Virus record (IMG/VR): IMGVR_UViG_3300017909_001210
Location: 15,614 to 79,613 of that record
From: a virus
Lineage: Duplodnaviria > Caudoviricetes
Length of the DNA stretch: 64,000 nt
Reading direction: 5' to 3' (one strand)
In this document: one piece after another, positions 1 to 9,350 of the stretch
Position numbering within the stretch: position 1 is the first letter of the stretch
How the letters are laid out: each line of letters opens with the position of its first letter
Notes under the pieces: model-generated
Told to the model about the DNA's origin: nothing
Database searches by the model: none
The model's input: the letters and a program-made list of their open reading frames with translations, nothing else
Position numbers and translations under genes: made by a program

Positions 1-2574
1 GAGATTCAAACAAGAACAGGTGTCACAACTTCAGTCGTTGAAGATTTTGTAGAAACAAGAAACGATAGAGTTGTATCAGTGACAATTATACCTTTCATGC
101 GTGCAAGGACTATTGAGATAGATGCAACTAACTTAAAACCAAATACAAACCATTACTTCTATTTTGATAATGTGAATGTTAATAAATTCATAAGACCTCA
201 GAGTGGAAGTTATTCACAAGACGGAGGAACAACAGTTTCTTCAAATTGTAAAACAGACGGAAACGGAAGATTACGTGCATTCTTTGAATTACCAAATAAT
301 TCAGTCAATAGATTCCCAACGGGTCAAAGAGAATTAAGAATTACTTCTTCATTCTATAATTTAAGTAATCCTGCTTCAAATGGTAGTGCTGTATATCAAG
401 CACAAGGTTTATTACAATCTTCACAAACTGAGATTGTATCAACAAGAAATGGTAGAGTAGTCACGGAAAGATTACAAGGTTCAAGGTCAATGGACAGAAG
501 GGGTGAAAGATTAAACTCAGCACCTTTTGATACAGAAGCACCTGAGGTAAGACTCAATGAGATTCCTAATGATACAGTAGAATTACCAGTAGTTCCACCT
601 CAAGCTCCTGCTATACCACCTGAACCACCTTTCGTTCCACCTACATTACCACCTCGACCACCAGTTATATTGGAAGATTTGAGAGATAGAACTCCAAGTC
701 AAAGTGCAAGAATGAGAGTTGGAAGAGGTTCAAGATTGGATAGAGGTTGGGGTGACCCACTTGCACAATCATTCTTATGTGAAGCAGATGGTGGTATGAT
801 GTTAACTTCAGTAGACGTGTTCTTTGAAACAAAAGACGCTTCAATGCCTGTTTCTGTAGAAGTCAGAACCATGGTAAATGGATATCCTGGCCAGACAGTA
901 TTACCATTCTCTACAGTGACACATAACCCTTCTGCAGTTAACACTTCTTCAGACGGGTCAGTTGCAACAACATTTACTTTCGATTCACCAGTATACGTAG
1001 AAGAAAACGTAGAGTATGCATTGGTTGTATACTCAAATTCAAATGAATACAATATGTTCATTTCAAGAATGGGTGAGAAAGACCTTGCAACAGGACAAAC
1101 AATCGCAGGACAACCATATGCTGGTTCATTATTCTTATCTCAAAATGCTTCCACATGGACTGCAGAACAAACTGATGATATGAAGATTAAAATCAAAGTT
1201 GCAAGATTTGACACTTCAAAAATATCAGATTTAAGATTTGAGAATGATGCATTACCAGTTTCAACTTTACAAAACAATCCAATTGAAACATATACAAACC
1301 AAACATATGTAAAAGTATATAATTACTTACACGGAATGTATGATACAGTTGGTAATAAAGATAACGTAGTTATTGCTGGTCTAACAGGTGAGAAAGAAAA
1401 CTCATTGTTAACACTTGGTAATGTCACCATTACAAGTGGAACACCAGCAGATACAACTTATACAGATGTGGGTGACGGAAAAGCAAAATTCAATGTCACT
1501 GTTTCAGGTGGTGTTGTGACTAGTATGTTAATCGAAGAGCCTGGACATGGATATACTGTAGGTGAAACTATCACAATAAACAACTTTGATGCAGAACAAG
1601 CTGGAACTTCTACACTTCAATTTCAAGTGTTATCAGTAGGTGATACCATAGGTGGGTGGCCGATTGATTCATTAAACGGAACATTTACAAATATAGATAA
1701 CAGAGGAATCGATTCATTTACAATCACTCCTGATGTTTCTGCATATGACTTTATCTCAGGATATAATGGTGTAGACAATACAGTGGGTGGAGGAAGTGTT
1801 GCAACATGTTCAAGAAACTATTACTTTGACGGATTGCATACAATGATACCTTCAGTTTCAGTTAAGAATACACAAATACTTTGTAGTGTATACACAACTG
1901 CAATGAGTTCACCCGAAGGTTATGTAAATGGAACTTCATATGTTAAAGATAACACTAGTGATTTCATAACACTGAATGATAATACATTCTTTAGTTCACC
2001 AAGTGTAGTTGCCTCTGCAATTAACGAACAAAACGAAATGTCTTCAACTAAGTCATTCGAATGTCAATTACAACTTGCTTCATTCAACCCGAATGTTTCA
2101 CCAGTGATTGACGTAGGAACAATTGGTGTAATTGGTTTTGCAAACAGATTAAATAACATAGATAGTAGTTCAGATGTCCCTACAGGAACCACATATATCC
2201 CTTCTACAGACCCCGAGGGAGATTCTAATGCAATGGTATATGTGACACGTAAAGTGAACCTTAAAACACCTGCTACGAGTCTTAAAGTTATTGCAGACTT
2301 CTTTAGACCACCAACAACCGAGTTGAAAGTCATGTATAAGATTATTAAGAATGACGAAGATACTCCTTTAGATGATGTCGGGTTTGAATTCTTCAATACA
2401 GATGGTTCACCTGATACTGCGATTGAAGCAGACGGAAGAAACTTTAAAGAATATGAATTCACTGCAAATGACTTGCCTGAATTCAGTGCTTTTGCAATTA
2501 AGATTGTTGGTCAAGGAACAAACACTTCAGTGGTTCCATTAGTGACTGCGTTAAGGACAATGGCACTTGCATAA
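1..2574 (+). CDS. Large virion structural protein (DUF4815/VrlC-like of marine T4-like phages), 5'-truncated
   Basis: Frame is open from base 1 (EIQTRTGVTTSVVEDFVETRNDRVVSV...). WGDPLAQSF, SVDVFFETKD and QPYAGSLFLSQNASTW segments and the C-terminal FSAFAIKIV...LRTMALA resemble cyanophage/pelagiphage DUF4815 proteins. Confidence 0.7.
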   Translation, partial: EIQTRTGVTTSVVEDFVETRNDRVVSVTIIPFMRARTIEIDATNLKPNTNHYFYFDNVNVNKFIRPQSGSYSQDGGTTVSSNCKTDGNGRLRAFFELPNNSVNRFPTGQRELRITSSFYNLSNPASNGSAVYQAQGLLQSSQTEIVSTRNGRVVTERLQGSRSMDRRGERLNSAPFDTEAPEVRLNEIPNDTVELPVVPPQAPAIPPEPPFVPPTLPPRPPVILEDLRDRTPSQSARMRVGRGSRLDRGWGDPLAQSFLCEADGGMMLTSVDVFFETKDASMPVSVEVRTMVNGYPGQTVLPFSTVTHNPSAVNTSSDGSVATTFTFDSPVYVEENVEYALVVYSNSNEYNMFISRMGEKDLATGQTIAGQPYAGSLFLSQNASTWTAEQTDDMKIKIKVARFDTSKISDLRFENDALPVSTLQNNPIETYTNQTYVKVYNYLHGMYDTVGNKDNVVIAGLTGEKENSLLTLGNVTITSGTPADTTYTDVGDGKAKFNVTVSGGVVTSMLIEEPGHGYTVGETITINNFDAEQAGTSTLQFQVLSVGDTIGGWPIDSLNGTFTNIDNRGIDSFTITPDVSAYDFISGYNGVDNTVGGGSVATCSRNYYFDGLHTMIPSVSVKNTQILCSVYTTAMSSPEGYVNGTSYVKDNTSDFITLNDNTFFSSPSVVASAINEQNEMSSTKSFECQLQLASFNPNVSPVIDVGTIGVIGFANRLNNIDSSSDVPTGTTYIPSTDPEGDSNAMVYVTRKVNLKTPATSLKVIADFFRPPTTELKVMYKIIKNDEDTPLDDVGFEFFNTDGSPDTAIEADGRNFKEYEFTANDLPEFSAFAIKIVGQGTNTSVVPLVTALRTMALA

Positions 2575-2786
2575 TGAAAGATATTGAGTATGTAAAAGTT
2601 GAAGGTCACTCACACTTAGTGAGGGACGATAGTTCTCAAGGAATTGTTAATACGGATATAGAACAATATAAATTAACAATGAAACGTAGAGAAATCATGA
2701 GGAATACTCGTGAGGAGATAAATAAATTAAAGGGTGACATGGACGAGATTAAATCTATGTTAACACAACTTATAGAGAAAGTATAA
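2574..2786 (+). CDS. Conserved small hypothetical protein with coiled-coil C-terminus
   Basis: 70 aa, stop/start coupled to both neighbours; VKVEGHSHLVRD motif typical of the gene following DUF4815 in marine T4-like phages. Confidence 0.65.
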   Translation: MKDIEYVKVEGHSHLVRDDSSQGIVNTDIEQYKLTMKRREIMRNTREEINKLKGDMDEIKSMLTQLIEKV

Positions 2787-4003
2787 TGGCAAAAACAGTA
2801 GACCAATTTTCAACGATAGAAAATTTTAGAACCAAGTATAACGAACTCGCAGTTGACGTTGGTGATAAGAGTGGCCTTAGAACAGAAGAAACTGGAAACC
2901 TTGTCGATGCACTTAATAGTTTAGAAGATAAATCATTCTTCTTTCAAGAGTTTAAGTATAGTGCAACTAGTGGTCAAACTGTATTCTCAGGTAATGATTC
3001 TGCAAACAATTCACTTGTTTTTAGAAGTGAAAGAATCCAAGTATTTAAAAACTCAGACCATTTACTTTTAGGAACAGATTACTCAATCGGTGGTGTAGAC
3101 GGAAACAAACATACAGAAATTACACTTAACGTAGGTGCAACGACTGGTGACGTTATCACTATCTATGCATATACAGGTTCATACTTAGGAAGTGCAATTG
3201 GTGCTGGTGGTGGAACAGACGGACAGTTTACTGAAACAGCTGCAAATACTATTTACAATAAAAACTCAAATGGTATAATATTAAATGGTTCTTCAACTGG
3301 AAGAACAACTACACTTACAACAAGTGCAAAAATAGAATTTGATTCTAATAATACAGGTATCTATTCACAAGAAGATATTACACTTGCAACTGGTAAGAGT
3401 GTCACTGCAGACTCCTTTGTGGGTGATTTAACTGGAACTGTCACTGGTAATGTCACTGGAAATGTCACTGGAAATATTTCAGGTAGTTCAGGAACAGTCA
3501 CAAGTATATCTTCACATTCTGCAAGTGGATTATCAGACATTAATTATACCACAACACCTACAAATGGTCAAATCCTTACATGGGATAATGCAAACGGATA
3601 TTGGGAACCAGCAGATAATCAATCTCTTTCTACATTAAGTGGTGATACAGATGACCTTACAGAAGGAACAACAAATCTGTTTTCAACTACAGAAAGAATT
3701 CAAGATGCAGCCGCAACAATGATTACAAGTGCAACACATAGTAATATATCAGTATCATATGATGATGCCTTAGGAACACTTTCATTTACTGCTGGTGCAA
3801 CATATACAGACTCAGACGCAAGAAGTGCGATTGCTGGTGGTGACGGACTTGCATATAATTCTTCAACAGGAAATATGAGTGTTAACACTGCAAAAGGAAT
3901 CGAAATAAATAATGATACAGTTGAATTAGACTATGAAACGACTTCTACTGCCCCAAGTTCTGCTTCGGGAACTGTAGAAGGTCATTTATGGTTTGTGATA
4001 TGA
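2786..4003 (+). CDS. Tail fibre/whisker-like protein
   Basis: G/T/S-rich with GNVT repeats; N-terminal FRTKYNEL helix; C-terminal TAPSSASGTVEGHLWFVI. Confidence 0.7.
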   Translation: MAKTVDQFSTIENFRTKYNELAVDVGDKSGLRTEETGNLVDALNSLEDKSFFFQEFKYSATSGQTVFSGNDSANNSLVFRSERIQVFKNSDHLLLGTDYSIGGVDGNKHTEITLNVGATTGDVITIYAYTGSYLGSAIGAGGGTDGQFTETAANTIYNKNSNGIILNGSSTGRTTTLTTSAKIEFDSNNTGIYSQEDITLATGKSVTADSFVGDLTGTVTGNVTGNVTGNISGSSGTVTSISSHSASGLSDINYTTTPTNGQILTWDNANGYWEPADNQSLSTLSGDTDDLTEGTTNLFSTTERIQDAAATMITSATHSNISVSYDDALGTLSFTAGATYTDSDARSAIAGGDGLAYNSSTGNMSVNTAKGIEINNDTVELDYETTSTAPSSASGTVEGHLWFVI

Positions 4004-4004
4004 T

Positions 4005-5345
4005 ATGTCAGACGAAATTTACATTAATATAGGAAGTTCTTTCCAACAACCTTACCAAGGTCAAACACCTACCCAAGCTCAGTCTGCAGAGGTTAAACAG
4101 ATTGTAAAGAGAACACCTGCTAATACTCAAACACTTTATCAGAGTCCAAGTCGGACTCCTTCAACATATAGAAATCCAGTAAATAGACAAACAAATATAG
4201 ATGCACAAGAGAGTAATCCGTTTACTTTTAATGCACAACAACAGATAGATTATCAAAGTCCTTTTAGAAGTCCTTCGATAACACAAGTAATTGCACAACA
4301 ACCAAGTCCTTATATTGCACAAAGTGAATATCAAAATCCTTTTACTTTTCAACAAGACGTTCAGAATACTGTTGAGGTTCAAAGTGGATATCAAGCTCAA
4401 CAACCATATCAAACTCAATTATCTGTTCAACAGGTAGGGCCTGTTTCCGTGCGAACTTTGCAAATGTATAGATACCCTTATGCATATTGGTATCAATGGA
4501 ATGATGCTAAGTTTAAAGAACCCATCGACTCTGAAATTATAATGTATCAAGGGCCTCGAGGTGATTTAGATGATACCATGGGTTATGCCCAAGCAAGAGG
4601 TATTTCACAAAACCCAGTAATTCTGCAAGGTGTAATAACTCGATATCCTCAACCAGTTCCAGTAAGTGGTCAGGTGCCAAGTCCAACCCCTATCTCATAT
4701 CAATATTTGGGACAACCCATTCAGTATCAGTATATCACACAGGTTGCTGGGACACCATATACCATTCAAAGGGAGGTTTATCAGTCAACAAATCCAGTGC
4801 GAACTCAAACCCCAGCTAGAAGTCGGACTCCTGCTCAACAACCTTTGATTGCGCAATCACCTTCTACAACTCCAGTTCCAGCAAGACAACCTTTAAGACA
4901 ACCATTGGAACTTCAACAACAGATAACTATTCAAGCAGACCAAGACGTTCAAAACCAAGTTAGAGCTCCTGCTAGACAACCAAGTCCATATATTGCACAG
5001 GCACAACAACAAAGTCCGTATATTGCACAACAACCTTCTACATATAGAAACCCAGTGAATAAACAGACTAATACTCAGAATGATACAAGACAACCTAATA
5101 TCTATCAGGTTCCTTATCAAGTTCCGTATATACATAGGTCACCTTACATAACTCAAACACCTTATTCTACAAGTAGAACTGTCGGCCCCATTGCAAAGGT
5201 GAAAGCAATTTATCTAAATAAAGACGGACAAAATATTGAAAAAATAGACCAAGTTTACGTAAATAACTCAGGAACAATTGAGAAAATTCACCAAACTGTT
5301 CCTGCCGCAAGATTTAGTAAGAATCCAAGTAATACTCAACAATAA
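4005..5345 (+). CDS. Q/P/Y-rich repeat protein, probable fibre-tip/adhesin
   Basis: 446 aa; internal repeats STYRNPVNxQTN, QPSPYIAQ, QDVQN; C-terminal KVKAIYLNKDG...DQVYVNNSG domain; directly follows a fibre gene. Confidence 0.6.
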   Translation: MSDEIYINIGSSFQQPYQGQTPTQAQSAEVKQIVKRTPANTQTLYQSPSRTPSTYRNPVNRQTNIDAQESNPFTFNAQQQIDYQSPFRSPSITQVIAQQPSPYIAQSEYQNPFTFQQDVQNTVEVQSGYQAQQPYQTQLSVQQVGPVSVRTLQMYRYPYAYWYQWNDAKFKEPIDSEIIMYQGPRGDLDDTMGYAQARGISQNPVILQGVITRYPQPVPVSGQVPSPTPISYQYLGQPIQYQYITQVAGTPYTIQREVYQSTNPVRTQTPARSRTPAQQPLIAQSPSTTPVPARQPLRQPLELQQQITIQADQDVQNQVRAPARQPSPYIAQAQQQSPYIAQQPSTYRNPVNKQTNTQNDTRQPNIYQVPYQVPYIHRSPYITQTPYSTSRTVGPIAKVKAIYLNKDGQNIEKIDQVYVNNSGTIEKIHQTVPAARFSKNPSNTQQ

Positions 5346-5350
5346 TTTCG

Positions 5351-5358
5351 TATAAATA
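5351..5358 (+). promoter_or_regulatory. T4-type late promoter TATAAATA
   Basis: Exact consensus in an intergenic gap, 5 nt before the ATG at 5364. Confidence 0.75.
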
Positions 5359-5363
5359 GTTAT

Positions 5364-5696
5364 ATGGCTATTATTGCAAATATCTTTATCGACCAAGGAA
5401 CAGACTTCAGTATCACTGTAGACGTGACTGATTCAACAGGTGACGCACTCAATATGAGTGGTTATTCTGCAAGTGCTCAGATACGTAAGACCTACAGTTC
5501 TTCTACTGCAAGTGCAACCTTTGGAACTTCAATTGCAGAAGCAACAGGTCAAGTGACATTAACACTTGACGATACACAAACTACTGCATTAGAAGCGGGA
5601 AGATATGTATACGATATGAACATCACCAGTGGTGGTGGTCAAACAACAAGAGTAGTAGAGGGACAAGCAATTGTCACTCCAGGCGTCACGAGGTAA
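5364..5696 (+). CDS. Virion structural protein (BppU-N-like baseplate/fibre-associated domain)
   Basis: IDQGTDFS...GYSASAQIRK...GRYVYDM...RVVEGQAIVTPGVTR pattern typical of this family. Confidence 0.65.
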   Translation: MAIIANIFIDQGTDFSITVDVTDSTGDALNMSGYSASAQIRKTYSSSTASATFGTSIAEATGQVTLTLDDTQTTALEAGRYVYDMNITSGGGQTTRVVEGQAIVTPGVTR

Positions 5697-5699
5697 ATT

Positions 5700-5945
5700 A
5701 TGTCAGGAATAAAAGGAACAATATCAAGAGTAGCAACCATAGGTGGTCGAGTAGCTGGACAAGGAAATATCCGTGCTAAACAGGTCGCTATTGGTAATTC
5801 GTCTTCTAATGTAAACCTTTCTGCAAAATCTATCAATGAACTTGCAGATGTAAATGCTTCAGAAACAGATGACGGACTACTTTCATACGATGCTGAAACA
5901 GATAAGTGGACAACTACTACTGTTTTAGATGGTGGAACGTTTTAA
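5700..5945 (+). CDS. Small structural protein ending in LDGGTF
   Basis: 81 aa; INELADVN...DGLLSYD repeat typical of fibre proteins. Confidence 0.55.
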   Translation: MSGIKGTISRVATIGGRVAGQGNIRAKQVAIGNSSSNVNLSAKSINELADVNASETDDGLLSYDAETDKWTTTTVLDGGTF

Positions 5946-5948
5946 TCG

Positions 5949-5956
5949 TATAAATA
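5949..5956 (+). promoter_or_regulatory. T4-type late promoter TATAAATA
   Basis: Exact consensus upstream of the ~135-nt leader of the fibre gene at 6093. Confidence 0.75.
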
Positions 5957-6092
5957 AATATACAAATCAAGGATACCGACCAGTGAAGGTATCGACCCAC
6001 ATTGTGAGTGGACTAGTTATATATTATGTTTCTCTCGGGATAGTGAACGAGAATTAATTAATTAATTTTACATAAACTATAGGAATAGAAAA

Positions 6093-7682
6093 ATGGCAAC
6101 AGTTATTCAAATCAAAAGAAGCACAGGCTCTGCCGCTCCAGCTGTATCAGACTTAGCTGAGGGTGAATTAGCGTATGTGCAAGATAGGAGTAATTCAGGT
6201 GCTAGTGCAAAACTTTTTATTGAATCAGTAGATTCTGATAACAGCACTCCTTTAATACAAGCTATTGGTGGTAAGTATTATACGGATATGTTAGCAGGTT
6301 CAACTGCAACACCTGCCGACTTTTTAGTTGGTAATGGTTCAACCTCAGGTGGTTCAATCAAGTTAATGGAAGATTCAGACAACGGAAGTAATTCAGTTGC
6401 ATTGAAAGCTCCCGATACACTAGCTTCGAATGTATCCTTTGTTCTACCTTCTTCAGATGGTAGTGCAAACCAAGTATTAGGAACAGACGGGTCAGGAAAC
6501 TTATCTTTCTTATCTACTACTTCAACACTAGCTGGTGCTTCAGACTCAGACATTTCAAACCCTGCTTCAGGACACATTCTTGTCCATGACGGGACGGATT
6601 CGTTTGACAACGTAGCAATCAGTGGTGACATTTCACTTGCATCAAGTGGTGCGGTGACAATTTCTGCTGGTGCAGTAGAATTCTCAATGTTAGATGGTGC
6701 AATGGTTCAAACTGCATCAGAGTTCGCTTTAAATGGTTTAGGTGATAATGACACCTCAGTCATGACAGCTGCTGCGGTTAATGATTTAATTGAATCAAAA
6801 GTGACTGCAGAAGACCTAGACGTAGCTGGTGACAGTGGAACAGGTTCAGTCGACTTAGATTCACAATCATTAACAATCGCAGGAACAACTAACGAGATTG
6901 AAACTTCTGCTTCAGGACAAACTATAACAGTAGGTTTACCAAATGACGTGACAGTCGGAAACGACTTAACAGTCACAAATAACTTAGTTGTTTCAGGTCA
7001 ATTACAATCAGACGATATTACTGCAGCGACAATGACTGCTTCAGGAAACGTTGTTGTGACAGGAGACTTAACAGTTAACGGAACTACTACAACTGTAAAC
7101 TCAACAACTACATCAGTTGCTGACCCAGTATTTGAAATCGGTGATGATGCATCAGATGACAACTTAGATAGAGGTATTAAATTTAAGTATAACTCAGGTG
7201 GTGCCGCAGGTGGTGCAAAAGTTGGTTTCTTCGGTTATGATGATACAGACGCTACATTTACTTTCATTAGTGATGCAACAGATTCATCTTCAACCTTCTC
7301 AGGTTCAGCTGGTAATGTTAAGTTCGGTGGTTTAGCACTTTCAGGTTCAATTACTTCATATGACGGGTCAGCACCAACTGCTGGTCAAGTTCTAATCGGT
7401 AATGGAACTAATGGTGATTTACAACTTGGAACTCTAACTGCTGGTGAAGGGATTGATGTCACAAATGCAGACGGAAGTATAACCCTTTCAGCTGAAGATG
7501 CAACTGACTCTAACAAGGGTATTGCTTCATTCTCCGCTTCTTACTTTACAGTGACTAGTGGTGATGTTGCGATTGCAGATGCAACAACTTCAAGTAAAGG
7601 TATAGCTTCATTCGACTCAAGTAATTTCACACTCACTTCAGGTGACGTTGCAATTACAGCTATTGATGGTGGAACATTTTAA
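6093..7682 (+). CDS. Tail fibre protein
   Basis: MATVIQIKRS...LAEGELAY N-terminal fibre motif; GDLTVNGTTTTVNSTT module; ends IDGGTF. Confidence 0.75.
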   Translation: MATVIQIKRSTGSAAPAVSDLAEGELAYVQDRSNSGASAKLFIESVDSDNSTPLIQAIGGKYYTDMLAGSTATPADFLVGNGSTSGGSIKLMEDSDNGSNSVALKAPDTLASNVSFVLPSSDGSANQVLGTDGSGNLSFLSTTSTLAGASDSDISNPASGHILVHDGTDSFDNVAISGDISLASSGAVTISAGAVEFSMLDGAMVQTASEFALNGLGDNDTSVMTAAAVNDLIESKVTAEDLDVAGDSGTGSVDLDSQSLTIAGTTNEIETSASGQTITVGLPNDVTVGNDLTVTNNLVVSGQLQSDDITAATMTASGNVVVTGDLTVNGTTTTVNSTTTSVADPVFEIGDDASDDNLDRGIKFKYNSGGAAGGAKVGFFGYDDTDATFTFISDATDSSSTFSGSAGNVKFGGLALSGSITSYDGSAPTAGQVLIGNGTNGDLQLGTLTAGEGIDVTNADGSITLSAEDATDSNKGIASFSASYFTVTSGDVAIADATTSSKGIASFDSSNFTLTSGDVAITAIDGGTF

Positions 7683-7711
7683 TAATAGTTAATCAATAAT
7701 AGGAGAGTCAA

Positions 7712-8833
7712 ATGGCAACTGTAATTACATTTAAAAAGAGTTCTACTCAGAATGCAACTCCAGGCGTAAGTGACCTAGTTCTTGGTGAATTAGCAGTCAA
7801 TACTTACCACGGAAGATTTTATACTGAGAAGAACGATGGAACGGCTGCCGTTGTCGAGGTCGGGTCAAACCCTGCCTCTTTGACAGTTAATGATGCTATT
7901 ACATTTCCAACTTCAGATGGAACATCAGGACAAGTATTACAAACAGACGGAAGTGGAACACTTTCTTTTGCAGATTCTTCATCTGCGTCAGATAACGTAT
8001 TCACTTATACTGTCACTTCTAACCAAACAATTTTCTCAGGAAACGATGATGACGGACAAACATTGTCCTATTCAATTGGTGAAGAACAAGTATACTTAAA
8101 TGGTGTTTTATTAGTAGACGGAGGTGCTGACTATACAACAACTAATACTTCTACAATCACTTTACAAGCAAATGCAGTAAGTGGTGACGTAGTTGTAATT
8201 AGAACGCCTGGTTCTGCGTCAACAAGTGCTTCAACAGGAAGTTCTGACTTGACAACAACAGATTCAGACCAAGCATTATTGTCAGTTCCCGTTGCAAACA
8301 AAGCGATTAAAGTCAACTTGGTTGCAACCCACTCTACAGCAGGAGCTCATTTTGCAGAAGTCGTAGTAGTAAATGACGGAAGTAATTCTTATATCTCACA
8401 ATTTGCAGACACTTTTACAGGTTCAAGTCTATTCAGTCTTGCAACTGATATCAGTGGTTCAGATATGAGATTGTTAATTACCCCAACAAATACTAATACA
8501 AGTGTATCTTCTTCATATATTAAACTTCCAACTGCTGGAACTTCAACAACATTTTCTGCTACAACTGCAGACCAAGTGTTGTCAAGTGTTTCAACAGGAA
8601 TTAAAGGTATTAAATATGAATTGGTAGCAACACATGCTACTGCGGGAACACACTTTGCAGAAGTGACATTGACAAACGATGGTTCAGATGCATACTTCGT
8701 CCAATTTGGAGACGTATTCACAAATGCATCATTGTTTACATTGGACGCAGACGTGTCAGGAAGTAATCAACGACTTCTAATCACACCTGCGAATACTAAC
8801 ACAACTGTTTCAGTTAAGAAAACAACATTATAG
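7712..8833 (+). CDS. Tail fibre-associated protein with two copies of a ~95-aa domain
   Basis: MATVITFKKS...LVLGELAVN N-terminus; duplicated HFAEVxxxNDGS...FTLDADxSGSxxRLLITPxNTNT domain. Confidence 0.65.
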   Translation: MATVITFKKSSTQNATPGVSDLVLGELAVNTYHGRFYTEKNDGTAAVVEVGSNPASLTVNDAITFPTSDGTSGQVLQTDGSGTLSFADSSSASDNVFTYTVTSNQTIFSGNDDDGQTLSYSIGEEQVYLNGVLLVDGGADYTTTNTSTITLQANAVSGDVVVIRTPGSASTSASTGSSDLTTTDSDQALLSVPVANKAIKVNLVATHSTAGAHFAEVVVVNDGSNSYISQFADTFTGSSLFSLATDISGSDMRLLITPTNTNTSVSSSYIKLPTAGTSTTFSATTADQVLSSVSTGIKGIKYELVATHATAGTHFAEVTLTNDGSDAYFVQFGDVFTNASLFTLDADVSGSNQRLLITPANTNTTVSVKKTTL

Positions 8834-8843
8834 GGGATAAGAA

Positions 8844-9254
8844 ATGGCTAAAACAAATGCTTTTAAGATTGCTGAGTTAATCCGTGCTATCACTTTTGAT
8901 GTTGATAATGACGAAATAGTCACAAGTAAAGCAATACAGTCTAAGAATAAAAAGACTGGTGGTGATACATATACTGCAACAACAGAAGTTGCACTCGATA
9001 CTTTTGCACATGCAAGTTTCAGAGCTGCAAGATACGTTATTGCAATGGACGAGGGAACAAACTTCCACTCAACCGAAGTTATGTTGGTTCACGATGGTTC
9101 TACAGTGACTATGACTCAATATGGAACATTGAAAGATACTAATCTCGCAACATTCGATGCAGATATTAGTGGTGACAATGTAAGGTTGTTAATAACACCT
9201 GCTAGTGCTAATAGCACAATCGTCAAATTTGATAGAACAGTGGTAGACGCTTAA
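8844..9254 (+). CDS. Structural protein with one copy of the same ~95-aa domain
   Basis: HSTEVMLVHDGS...TQYG...TFDADISGDNVRLLITP. Confidence 0.6.
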   Translation: MAKTNAFKIAELIRAITFDVDNDEIVTSKAIQSKNKKTGGDTYTATTEVALDTFAHASFRAARYVIAMDEGTNFHSTEVMLVHDGSTVTMTQYGTLKDTNLATFDADISGDNVRLLITPASANSTIVKFDRTVVDA

Positions 9255-9273
9255 CATCTAATTTAAAAAACTA

Positions 9274-9302
9274 AGGGGGTTCTTCGGAACCCTCTTTTTT
9301 TG
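9274..9302 (+). terminator. Rho-independent terminator with cUUCGg tetraloop
   Basis: AGGGGGTTC-TTCG-GAACCCTCT followed by a T-run. Confidence 0.85.
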
Positions 9303-9350
9303 GCTTGAAAAAAACCATAAATAGATTTAGACAATTTAAACGAGTATTTT

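Noticed and set aside
3420-3475. 12-nt GGAAATGTCACT tandem repeats (also near 11870-11910) as a regulatory array
   Set aside because: They encode the GNVT repeats common in phage fibre shafts.
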